64,000 bases of DNA from Cyanophora paradoxa CCMP329 (lineage: Eukaryota; Plantae; Glaucophyta). A model generated the notes under the pieces. It worked only from the letters and a program-made list of their open reading frames with translations. It searched no databases and had not been told where the DNA came from. The DNA lies in contig QPMI01000626.1 of the NCBI GenBank assembly GCA_004431415.1, positions 1 to 64,000 on the forward strand, given 5' to 3'. The position numbers and the translations under genes are program-made. Shown here in pieces: positions 23,012 to 33,963 of this stretch. How positions within the stretch are numbered: the first letter of the stretch is position 1; each line of letters begins with the position of its first letter.

Positions 23012-25190
23012 ATGACAGCCTCGCGGCCAGCTCCCCGGTCGCACGCGCCCGCGGCTCCCGTGCACGAAACTCGTGCTTACTCGAGAGCCGAGGAGGTGCG
23101 CCTCCGCCGACCGTTCCGGACTTTGCCGCCATCTCGCGCTCCTCCTCCCGGTTTGCCGACCGCGCCCGGCTGCTTGTACAGAGAGACACCGCGTTGGAAG
23201 CTGGAGATCACGCGCAAGCACGCCCCGAGAAGACGAGGCGCGTCGAGCTTGACCACGCGGCGCTCAAGGCGAAGCTGGAAGTGTGCCTGACGCCCGAGAG
23301 CTCCTGCGCACGCATGCTCAGTTGCTACCGCAGAAGGAGGCCGAATTGCGTGGAGGCGCTGGGCCCTCGAGCGCGAGGGTGCGCTCAGACAGCTATGCCG
23401 CTGGCGTCTTAGCTGCCTCCCAACGCGGTGCTGCAGGCGCTTCCAGAAGCTCCGGTGGACTGGACGATCAAGACGCACGCCATATTCCTCTCGAGCCGCC
23501 CGTTCGAAATCGCCCGCCGCCTCCGCGCCTCCTCGGCGGCCCGGGCGGCTGCCGAGGCGTGCCACCCGCCTGAGCACCCGCCGGCCGTGCGCGCGCCCTC
23601 CCCCTGCCGCCTCCGCCGTGCGCGAACGGTTCGCGTGCTGCGCAGGGCGAGACGCTGGGGGACGGGAGCAGGCGGCTGCAGCAGGCGCTGGCGCACTGGG
23701 TCTTCCCGGCGGCGCCGCTGCCCGAGTCGGTGCGGCACAGCTGGCCCTCCTCGGAGGCCGCGATGGCGAGCATCGCCACGCGGGCCGCCACCGAATCGGT
23801 TGCGCACGTCATTTGGGAGCGCCGCACGCAGTGGTGCGGCCCCGCCGCCCGCCCCCCGCCGCCTTCTGCTGAGCGTCTGCGGGGCCGGCAGGGAGAACGC
23901 CCTCAGCGACGCGGTGATGCAAGTGCGGGCGGGCCGCTGCGACGCGCTGTACGTCGTGGGGCGGCCCTGGGCGGCCCTCTTCCTCTCCTGGCGCGTCGCC
24001 GGCTGCTGCGGGCAGCCCGCCGCCCTCGTCTCCCGCACCTCCAAGGGCCAGCGCGCCTACTTCCGCAAGTCCTGTGCGCCCGCCCCGCCCCGCCCCCGTC
24101 TCCCCCCCCCCCCTCCCCCCTCCCCGGGAGCGCCGGCCCGAGCGCGCGGCAGACGCGGCGTACCGCACCGTCGGGGACGAGCCGGAGGGGAGCGCTCCCG
24201 AGCTCGAGCGCCGCGCCGTGCGCTTTGACCCGCCCGCCCGCCCTTCCCCGCCCCGCCCCGCCCCGGTCTTGCTCACGCCGAGGTCCCCGCCCCGCAGGCC
24301 CTCGACAACATGATGAACGACGGGCCGTCCACGGGCGTCGGGTACAACCCCCCCCCCCCCCCCCCCCTCTTCACCTCGCCGCCCGCCCCGCCCGCCCCGC
24401 CCCGCCCCGCGCCGCGCCGACGCCCCCTTGCAGGCGCAACGCCTCGGCGAACCGCGACCCCCTCATCGTGCAGGTGCCTCTACCCCAGCGAGCGCTCGTT
24501 TCCCCCCCCCCCCCCCGTTCTCTGACGCCGGGTACCTCCGCAGGGCCCGGGGGGCCCGGCGCTGCTCTTCGAGGGGCACGACGGCGTCTGCGCCATCCGC
24601 GACGCCCTCATCATGATGAAGCGCGCCCCTACCCCCCTCCGCCGAGCGCCGCAGCGCCGTACCCCCCTGCTGACCCCGCCCCCCGCAGGCCGGTGGGCGG
24701 CGACGTGCCGCTGCTCCTCGCGGGGGCGCCGTTCGCGCACGGCTCGCTCCGCTTCTGCGAGGTCCCCCCCCCCTCTCCTCCCCCCCCCTGCCGAGCCTGC
24801 CGAGCAAGGCCGACCGCTCGGCAGGCGCGGATCCCGGGGCCGGCGCGGCGGACGCCGCGAGGCGACGAGGCTCACGCGCTGGAGGTGACCGGACCGCTGC
24901 TGCCGCACTCGCTGCAGGCGCTGCTCGGCGTGCTGCGGGACCACCACCCCTTCGACTTCACGGGCACCTTCCGGACCGAGGTCTCCACCGTCCGCCTCTC
25001 CTCCCCCGCCTTCCTCTCGCAGCCGGCCGCCCCCGCGCCCCGCCCCGGCGAGAAGCGCAAGGCCGCGTTCGGACCGGACGCGCAGTGCGCGCGCTCGCCG
25101 GCCTTCCGGCGCCTCCCGGAGAGCGAGCGGCCGGTCACCCGCGTCGCCTGCTCCGCGGGGCGCATCCGCCGCGAGGAGCCGCCCCAGTAG
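23012..25190 (+). CDS. DONSON: DONSON (downstream neighbour of SON / Humpty dumpty) replication factor homologue
   Basis: Family motifs in the expected order: PVDWTIKTHAIFLSSRPF; WENALSDAVMQVRAGRCDALYV..WAALF; ALVSRTSKGQR; LLFEGHDGV; DVPLLLAGAPF; ALEVTGPLLPHSLQALLGVL. Confidence 0.8.
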
Positions 25191-25527
25191 ATAGAGAGGG
25201 GCGGGAACGGGGCCGGCCGCCGGCCCTCGCTAGCTGTAGGTAGGCTGTAGTATCGATATCATAGTATATATCATGATACCGTAGTACGCCGTGACGCTTC
25301 GCAGTCACAAACCCCTTCTGAGAACAACCACTGACTCTCAGTCTTCTGAGAAATCTCAGAGTGTAAGGGGCGGAAGGATTAACCCGCCGGGCCGGTCTCG
25401 CGGCAGCACGTCATGTGCATTTGCAGTATGCAGATAACAACAATTACTTGAGCTCTTCTAGATCTGCTGCGCATGCTAGCATAGCGCTGTTACAAGCCTT
25501 GAAGCACATGCATGCATATGTACGACT

Positions 25528-25607
25528 TCCGGGACTGGACTCCGGGACTCGAGCTCCGGGACTCGAGCTCCGGAACGTTCGAGCTCGAGAATATTCGAAT
25601 TCGAATT
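25528..25607. repeat. Palindrome-rich short tandem repeats (CCGGGACTCGAGCT x2-3; TTCGAATTCGAATTC)
   Basis: Read directly in the convergent intergenic region; followed by three GCGCAAAAA(T/CC)GAGC-like units at ~25635-25690. Confidence 0.75.
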
Positions 25608-25723
25608 CAGCGGGACAGGCCGGCCTGCAAATTCGCGCAAAAAATGAGCCCGCGCAATTGCGAAAAATGAGCTAGCGCAAAAACCGAGCCGCGATATCGC
25701 TCAACATTAATATTGAGTATTGA

Positions 25724-27047
25724 TCATGCTACGGTACGGACCGTCTCGATGCGGGCCATGAGGTCGCGCGAGGTGCACACCGGGCTCTGTCCGCTCGGTC
25801 AGCGTGCTGGGCGGGGCGGGGCGGGGCAGGGCGGGGCGGCCGCGGGGCGGGGCGGGCCGTCTTGAAGCCGATGGACTTCTCGGTGACGGAGCGGAGGGCC
25901 GGGCCCGTGATCGCCTTCCGCATCGCCGGGATGATGTCCGACTCCTGCGGCGGAGAGCTGTCCGTCAGGGTTCCGGATCCGGAGAAATGAGAACGACGCG
26001 CGGGCCGGGCCGAGCTCGAGGCCGCCGCGACTCGGCGGACCGCACCTCCTCCTCGACGTGCTCGACGAAGGCCTTGCGGAGCGCCTTCAGCGTCTTCAGC
26101 ACGTTCTCGTCGCTCACCTGCCGCCGCGAGCCGCCGCGACCGCGAAAGTGAGCGGGCGCGAAAGCGAGCGATGGGAGGAAGCCGGCTCGCGCGCGCCGGC
26201 TGGTTGGGGATCTTCGCGATCTCAGCCTCCAGCGTGATCAGCAGCTCCTCGACCTGGCCCCGCGCCGATAAGAGGGAGCGCCCGGCGCCGGCCTGCAGGG
26301 CCGCCCGCGCGCCTCGCGGTGAGCGTTGATGGAGTGGTCGAAGAGCGTCTTCCCGTTGGGCAGCTTGGACTCATGCGCGCAGGCGGCGCCCGCCGGGCTT
26401 AGTCTCGCAGCGCGTGCGCTCTCGATCCCAGAAGCCGGCGCGGCGGACCAGAATTGGGTAGAGAAGGATGCGCTCAATGTAATCGTCTGCGGATCCGGAG
26501 ATCGAGAAGAAAGTTGGCTTCGCGTGCGCGGCACCGGGCGGCAAGCGGCCTCGGTCGAGGGAGAATTCGAAAGCGAGTTTCGCGTCCCCGTACGCGGCAC
26601 GCACGAGTCATCATCTGCGGTCGCGGCTCGCAATCAGCGCAATTCGCAAGCAAACGCAGCGCCGGCGCCGGAGACAGCTAGCCGAGTCACGCGCACCTCC
26701 TTCAGGAGCTCGTTCAGCATCGCCTCTCGCTCGGTCGGCGTCCCCTGCGCTGAAGCGTGAGCTGATATCGTCTAAAAGCGAGAGAGCGGGCTCGCCTTCT
26801 CCAGCTTGTCCTGCAAGGGGCGAGCAGGCGCGAAAATTTGACGGAGTCAGATTCGCGCGCGCCGCCGCGATCGGCGGCGCCGAATCAGAAGGGAAGAAGT
26901 CTGACCATCAACTTGATGACACGCTTGTGGTCCTGTGCATTTGCGCCGCGCGAAAATGTGAGGACGGGAGACCGCGCGCCCGAGCACGCGTACGCGCACG
27001 TCGAGGAGCATGTCGAAAGCGTTCTCGAAATCGGCGTTGTTCGACAT
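25724..27047 (-). CDS. Hemerythrin-like (HHE cation-binding) protein, 11 exons
   Basis: Spliced: MSNNADFENAFDMLLD-DHKRVIKLM-DKLEK-GTPTEREAMLNELLKE-MMTHDYIERILLYPIL-SKLPNGKTLFDHSINAHRE-VEELL...-..AFVEHVEEE-ESDIIPAMRK..GFKT-SPVCTSRDLMARIETVRTVA*; H / HxxxE / H / HxxxE ligand pattern. Confidence 0.8.
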
Positions 27048-27278
27048 CGCGGCGAGCGGGCGGGCGGCTAGGCGCTTTGACGGGCGGTGCACAGCCTGGC
27101 AGTGGGCAGCGGGCGAACAGATTGAATAGCCGGGCCCGGGGGTACGGGCGCCCCGGAGCCTTCGAAACTTGAAGCGCAGATCTATAGAGGGCCGCCGGGC
27201 TCCGGTTTAATCTATAGCTACGAATAGACACTCCGCTATACTGCAGATACCTGAATTAAATGCTTCAGATCAATAGAT

Positions 27279-27300
27279 TTAGCTACGTATACGTAGCTAA
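27279..27300. repeat. 22-bp perfect palindrome TTAGCTACGTATACGTAGCTAA
   Basis: Checked base by base; intergenic, upstream of the hemerythrin gene. Confidence 0.9.
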
Positions 27301-27495
27301 TTTTAATTTCGCAGCGTTTCGCAGCCTGGGGCCGCATGCATGCGCTATACTGTCGAAGTTCGGAACGTTTTTTTGCGATCCAAATTGCGGGAATTTAGGT
27401 TTCCTTTATATCATATGCATGATCATGATCATGAATTGATTATTGCTGGCACTGTACATGAGCCATGGTGGCGAAAACAAGCGATTGCCCCGACC

Positions 27496-29596
27496 CTAAG
27501 CGAAACGCTGCCGCCGGCGCTGGCCCGAGGCGTCTTCGTCCTCCTCCTCCTCCTCTTCCTCCTCCTCCTCCTCCTCCTCCTCGTCGTCCTCGTCGTCGTC
27601 CTCGTCCTCTTCGTCCTCGTCCTCCCCCCACTCCATGGCCTCCCCGCCCGGCCCGTCCTCCGGCTCGAAGTCCCCCGCCTGGAACCGCTCCCCGCGCCGC
27701 ACCGCCTGCCCGGTCGGGCGCCTCAGAGGCGCTGAAGGCGGCGGCGGTGGCGGAGGGCGGGCGGGCCTGGGGCAGGGCGGCGTTGACGGCGTCCACGTCG
27801 AAGTGTTCGGGGCGCCAGACGCCCCCGGCCATCGCCCCCCGGTTCGAGTACGTCCGCGCAACCTGCCCGCCCGCCCCAGTCGGCCCTCGGCGCTGGTGGC
27901 CTGTCGAGTCGGGGTCCGGGCGCGGGGGTACCTGCTGCGCCGCCCACTGCGCCCGCTCCCTGCTGTACCCTGCGCCGGCCGCTCGGGTTGGGGGTGGAAA
28001 GTAGGGTCGAGCGCGGGGCCCGTGGCCGTACCGGGGGAGGAGCGGTCGGTCGTCAACGTCAGGAACTCCTCGTACCCCCTCACGCCGCCGCAGTCCTCCG
28101 GGGGGCACGCCCGCGCCCCGCCCGTGCAGCGGGGGTACGCGACGCCCGGCTGCGGGGGGTGCACCGCCTCCACCTCCACCTCGTGGTACCAGTTGTCCCC
28201 TGGGGGTACCGCATCAAATCCCGCGCGGGGTACGTGCGCAAAGACAGCGCGGGGGGTAGGGGCGCACCGCCGTCGTACGTGTACCAGAAGCGGTCGCCGG
28301 GGGCGAGCCCCAGGTCGCACAGCTTGAATTTTTCCTCCTGACGGGGCCTCAGCGCCGGCCCAAGACCAGCCGCAGGGGGTAGGGCGTCGGGAGGAGGGGG
28401 GTACCGACGCCTCGCCCTGGTCGAGGTCTCCGTCACCGAACATGTCCGAAACGGTGTGCAAACCCTTCACATGGAACTCGTGAAGGTGGCCTGGGGGTAC
28501 GCGGTTCGAAAAAAAGAGGGGGGGAAGAAGCGGGAGGGCAGTTCTTCGAAGGGGGTACAAGGGCGCGCACTGTCGTACCAGCCCATCGCCTCGTTGAGGA
28601 CGGAGTGAACGACCAGGAGCGGCGCGTCGCCTGCGCGCGGCGCTCGGCGGGTACAGGGTCGGAGGCGGGGAGGGGGGGCGGGGTACCGCGGATCTCGATG
28701 GTTCGGTGGATCGGGGGCTCGATGCCGTGGAGACGTACCCTTAGGCGCAGGGCCGATGCCTTGGCCTCGCGCGCTGCGGCGCGGCCCCGGGGCCCGGGCT
28801 CTAAGCGCGGCGCAGGCGCCAGGCGGGAAGGATCGCGAGGGCGCACCGGACGCCTTTGCGGTGCGGTCGAGAAGGGCTGCGAGGTTCTCGGGGCGGGCGG
28901 GGTCGAGCAGGGACGCCGCCGCGGGGTCGGACGCCGGCGCGAAGGCCACCAGGCGGTGCTGCGGCGGCCCGGCGCGCGGGCGGAGGTGAGGAGACGCCCC
29001 GCGCGGCTGATCCGGACCTCGGGGCGCGCGCCGCGCCTCACCATGCGCTTCGTCTTCTCGTGGCGCAGGACGGCGACCCACTCCTCAGCGGGGGCCTCGC
29101 CGGCGGCGCCGGCGACGTCGGCCTGCCGCAGCGCCCGCGAGACGCTTGCAGGGACGCTGACCTGCGCGTCCGACGGCCCGCGCATGAGCGGCGCCGCGGA
29201 GCCGTCGGCCGGCTGATGCGCAGGGCTACAGCGCACCCGAGCGACGGCGACGGCGGCGAGCCGCGGCGCGGCAGCGACGTGTGCGATGGTCCCGCGGACG
29301 CTGTGATCGGAGCTCCAGGGCTCGTCGCTGAACGGAAAGCCCCGCTCCTGCTCGGCGCCCGCGGGCGGCATCGTCCGCATCTTCAGGTGCAGCGCGAGGG
29401 TCTGGCCCTCGCGGGGCGGCTTGTCTTCCCGCAGGTCGCCGGCCCGCGGGCCGCTGTTGGGAAGCTGCGCGTTGACGTTGCCTTGTGCCCGCATTGCCAT
29501 TACCATCTGCGTCACCATGTCGGCCCTCGCGTCGACGTGCGCCTCGCGTCCCCACGCGAGCCCCGGCGGCCACGGCAGCCCGTCCGCGCTGGTCAT
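27496..29596 (-). CDS. Plasmid pRiA4b ORF3-like domain protein with acidic tail
   Basis: LRVRLHGIEPPIHRTIEI..LLVVHSVLNEAMGWYDS.HLHEF; F.YTYDGGDNWYHEVEVE; YPRCTGGARACPPEDCGGVRGYEEFL; PEHFDVDAVNAAL; poly-D/E C-terminus. Confidence 0.85.
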
Positions 29597-29703
29597 GTTC
29601 GGATGGGTGGCTCTGTTCGATCAATCGAGATGACGGGCTGCAGACTGCAGCTGCAGGCTGCAGCTGCAGTAGTGGTCGCTGCGCGGCGCCAAAAAAACGG
29701 CCG

Positions 29704-31349
29704 ATGTACCCACCTATGTCGTCTGCTGAAAAGGCAGGCGCGTCTAGACGCAAGCGTAAGGTGGATGAGGTCGCTGCCGACGGTGCGCTGCCCTGCCCCG
29801 CCAGGTCGGAACACTCGCACGGTGAAGTGAACGTGCTCGCGCATGCGACGGCACCGCCGACGGGCCATCGATATCGGGGGTAGCCATCGTGGTGAAGCTG
29901 GGTGCGCTCTTTCGGTAACGAGTGCGCTCTCCCTGTCTTACGAGCTCGCGCAGACCACGCCGCGTCGCTGCTGTTCGACAACCAGCAGCTGGCAGACATC
30001 GTCCTCGTCACGCGCGGATGCGCAAAGCAGAAGCGGTGGCTGCTCTCCGAACTGCTGCGGCCGGCCCGCTTCTTCGACTCGCTCCTGTCGGAGCGCTGGA
30101 ACGGGAGCGCGGCGCCCGGGGCGCCGGGCCGCCCCGCGGAGGTGCACATTGACCTCAAGGAGCTCTGCGGAGACGAGGAGGCCTTCGACGCGTTCCTGCG
30201 GCTCCTGTACGCGGGCCGGCCCGACGACGCCTTCCACGACGTAACAACGGCGCTGCGCCTCCTGCGCGTCTTCCGGGCGTTCGCGTGCGGTCCCGCGCCG
30301 CTCCCGCGCGCGCCGCGCGATCCGTTTGACCGCGGCGCAGGTGGGAGGATGGCGAGCAGGCGGCGGTGGAGTACCTCCGCGGGGCAGTGCAGCAGACCGA
30401 CGCGCCGGCCGTGCGGGCGGCGGGGGAGGAGCTGAGCCTGCCCGAGCTTCAGCGGATCGCGGAGGAGGCGGAGGCGACGATCGGCCCGCTCATCGCGGGA
30501 GACGTCCTGAAATCCGTCTTGCAGAGCGCGTGCTCGAATCGGGCCGACCAGCAGCAGCTCGACGAGATCGCCGCCGACTTGCGTTTCCGGGCCGCCCGGC
30601 CGCTGCCCGGCGAGAGCCCCGAAGCCGCCCTCTCGGAGGTCCGCGCCGCTGTTTCGCATGCCTCGGACAATTGCGGCATGTCGCACGCCCCTGTCACTTC
30701 CTTCCTCCTGCGGATGCACATCGAGTTCTCGGCGCCCGACACCATCTTGGCGCTCGTGAAGAAAAACGTGCAAGTGCATGTGTCCGATCGCTGCCCTGTC
30801 TGCTATGGGTGCCGGCCCAGGTACCGCATCAACCCGGAGCTCGTCGCCGTCGCGATCGAGCACCTGATCTTCAAGGCGCGCCCTTCCCCCGGCCCCTCCG
30901 GCTGACTCACAGTGCTTGCTCCGCTGACTCACTGGGGCCGGGCGGCGCAGACGTCGACGGATTTCACTGCCCTCAAGGCGTCCGCCGAAATTCCCGTCTG
31001 CCCGCACGCGTATGGCGCCGCCGCCGCGCCCCACGTGCGCATAGGCGCCCCCTCCCGCCCGCCTGCACTCGCCTCTGACAGAGCGCAGCGCTCCTCCTTC
31101 ATCCTTCGGGACGCGGCGGACTCTGCTTTCGCGCGGGCGCTGGAGGAGGCGGTGCAGCGGAGCGCCGGAGAGGGCCCCGCCCGCCGCCTGGAGGCCGCCC
31201 AGACCGTTCTGAAGCGCGCCGCCGCCCTCGGTTTGGGGCCGGCGACCCTCGCCGCCGCCCGGCGCCTCCAGGGCAGCCCCGCCTTCGCCGCCGGCGCCGC
31301 GCCGGCCGCCCCGGGCCCCTCCGCCACCGCCGCGCGCCACTCGACGTAA
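29704..31349 (+). CDS. BTB/POZ-domain protein
   Basis: LFDNQQLADIVLV...LLRPARFFDSLLSERWNGS...VHIDL...EAFDAFLRLLYAG (BTB core); N-terminal basic NLS-like RRKRKV. Confidence 0.7.
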
Positions 31350-31683
31350 ACGCGACTGTGTATTGCCGAAGGCGGTTTCGAGTTCACAGGGGCGCGGAGC
31401 TGAAAAGAGGGGGAAGGAAGTGGAGCGGGGGAGGGGAGAGTGGGGGGTGGGGGGGGGAGGGGGTATGAGGTCCGAGATTGCGGATAGAAAGAGGGTGCAG
31501 GGTCGGACGAGGGGGCCCGGGGCGGGAGGGAGGGCAAGAGAAGATCGCCGCGGCCGGCCGAACTCCAGAGGCGAGCACGAGCTGAGCTGCAGGAGGAGGG
31601 AGTTAGGGCGCCGGCGGACACGGAAGGGACAAAGAGACGGGGCAGGGCCCCCGAAAAGGATGGCACCTGGGCCTGGGAGGCAG

Positions 31684-32673
31684 CTAGTCGTCCCCCTCCT
31701 CGCCCTCCCCCTCGCCCCCCGCCTCCTCCTTCTTCTCCTTCTTGCCCTTGCCGTCGCCGCCGCCCGACGAGCGGCGCTTGGCGGCCTTCTCCCCCGCCGG
31801 CGCGCCCTCCTCGCCCGCCGCGCCCCGCCCCCGCTTCGCCCCTGCGCCGCCGCGCCGAGCGAGTCAGAAAAGTCCGCGCAGCTCAGAGGAGGGGTTAGGA
31901 AGGGCCGAACCGGCAGAGGGCGCCTCGCCGCCGCCGCCGTCGGCGGCGGCCATGACCTGCGCCGGCATGCCCTCCACCAGGGCGGCGAACGCGGCGCGGG
32001 CCGGCGCCTCCTCCTTGAAGGACTTGCTCCAGAGCTTGCTCTTGAAGCTGAACGCGAAGCCGGCGCCCTTCACGAGCTCCTTCAGCTCCTTGAAGAGGGC
32101 GAACTGCTTCTCGAGCTCCCAGCCGCACCGCACGACGAAGGCGGCGCCCTCGCACTCCAGCGCCGCGTGCACGCGCATGCCCGCCCCGCTCGCCTCGAAC
32201 GACTCCAGCCGGTGCGCCTCCGCCTCCGCCTCCGTCTCCGCCGCTGCTGCCGGCGCCGCCGATGCCGCGTCTCCCGCCGGCGCTGCGGCCGGCGCCGCGG
32301 CGGCCGCCTCGCGCGCCGGCGAGGGGAGACGCCGCAGCAGGTCCTCGTACGCGGCGCGCGCCTCCTTCTCGCTCTTGAACGGCTTGACCCATTCCTTGTT
32401 CGCCCACTTGAATTCCGCGTCCTTCAGGAGCTTCTTGAGCTTGCCGAAGAGCGCGCCCTTGGCGACCCACGAGGCCGTCACGGCGTACGCCCCGGCCTCG
32501 ACCTCCAGCGCGATCTTCACGCTGAACGGCTCGCCCTTGTTGTCCTCGCCCGTCGGGTTCACGCTGGCAATCGCCCGCGCCATCGCCCAGGTCGACGTCT
32601 GCGCGTACGAATTCGCGGCGGGCGGCGGGCCGCGCGGGGAGCTCGAAGCGACGTATGGAGCTTCTAGGATCAT
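31684..32673 (-). CDS. Hypothetical basic protein with two tandem copies of an ~75-aa domain and an NLS/acidic tail
   Basis: Strongly GC3-biased ORF with an internal repeat (see findings); last exon GAKRGRG...KAAKRRSS..GKGKKEKKEE..GDD* needs a 1-nt correction in a G run. The start could instead be the ATG at 32583. Confidence 0.7.
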
Positions 32674-32988
32674 TGCGGTATTCGCCGCGGGCGCGCCGCA
32701 CCTCGCCGAGGTCGCCGAACCTTGAATGCACAAGCCGTGCCGCGCCGAACAAAGCCGCCTCGCGAGGTCGAAGCGCACGTACGGCTAGCTAAACGAGTTT
32801 CAAGCTGCAGCTGCCGCTGGACCCTGCCGCTCGAGCTTCAAGCGGCAGATGCACCTACATACCGTACCCCCCGTCCCGCCCCCCCTCCCCCTCCTGCCGC
32901 GACCTCGGACCTCCACATGATTTAGTTCGTATTCTACATAATATCACAGTGTACTTATAGTATCAAGCTGCTCCGCCGCGCAGCGCCT

Positions 32989-33963
32989 CTATAGGAGGGG
33001 GGCGGGATCGTGCCCCGCGGCCTCCGCGAACCCCAAAGGTGCATCCCCGAAGCTCAAAGCGCCCTCCGCCGCCGCCATCGCCGCCGGCCCCTCCGCCCCC
33101 GCCAGCGCGTCCTCCGCCTGCACGCCCGCCGGCACCCCGCCTCAGCCGACGCCGCCCGCGGCCGCGGCCGCGGCCGCCGGGCTCTGCACAGCGGAGCGCA
33201 CCCCGCCATCGGCCTGGTTTCCGCCGTCAAAGTCGCCGCCCGCGGAGTAGTGCTCGTATGCAGACGCCACCTCGGACCCCTCCGAGGGCCCGGGCTCCGA
33301 CGGGCCCGCGTCGGCCCCCGCCGCCCCGCTCGAGCCCTGCCGCGCCGCGCGCGCCGCTGGGTCAGCAGAGAGCCCCTCTGAGTCTAGCTAAAGGCGGCGT
33401 GGCCTAGAAGGGCGCACCGCGATGCGCTCCTGTGCCTCAGCCTTCAGCTGCGCCTTCGTCGCGTCATCTATGTTCGGGTTGCGATCCAGCCTGCCGCACG
33501 TCGCCGCGCGTCAGAGGCACTGATGCAACGGGCGCAAGCTACGGTGCTGCGGCAGGCTGCCGGGCGGCGGGCGGCGGGTGGGGCGGGGCGGGGAGGTCGA
33601 GGCTCACGTTGCGGCCATCTCCTTCGCGCGATCCGCCTCGCTCGTTCCGGCGGCTGTCCACGCGTGCGACATCATAGCGATGTACTTCTGCACCACGCAG
33701 CGGCCTGCGTGAACCAGGCGAAGTCAGCCTGGCAGGTTCGACACCCGCGTTCATGCGTCGGGCTGATGAAAAGGGCCGCCGGCGAGAGGGCAGGCGGTCT
33801 CCCATGCTAGAGTGAGATAGCTGTGGCACGTAGCTATCCGATGATCGCTTCAGGCGAGGCGCGGCGAGGCCGGGCGGGCGGGCGAGGCATAGAGGACGGC
33901 GGCCGCACTTCTGTTGTCGTGCTCCAGCTCCAACTCCTTGGGAGTGCAATCAAGGTCCGCCAT
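32989..33963 (-). CDS. Small orphan multi-exon protein
   Basis: Canonical GT-AG splicing yields MADLDCTPKELELEHDNR-SRCVVQKYIAMMSHAWTAAGTSEADRAKEMAA-TTVACARCI-SWIANPNIDDATKAQLKAEAQERIA-GSSG...HDPAPLL*; no family recognised. Confidence 0.55.

Noticed and set aside
25312-25372. Imperfect inverted repeat (ccccttctgaga ... tctcagagtgtaagggg) as a MITE or ncRNA
   Set aside because: Single copy in the window, interrupted arm, no TSD or recognisable RNA family.
27340-27735. Plus-strand ORF with a long poly-Leu/Val 'transmembrane' stretch
   Set aside because: Antisense reading of the poly-Glu/Asp tail of the pRiA4b-domain gene.
22239-32673. A 'split PARP' cluster (zf-PARP-like gene plus WGR-like gene near DONSON)
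   Set aside because: No PARP catalytic gene in the window, the WGR similarity is tentative, and unrelated genes intervene; kept only as separate findings.
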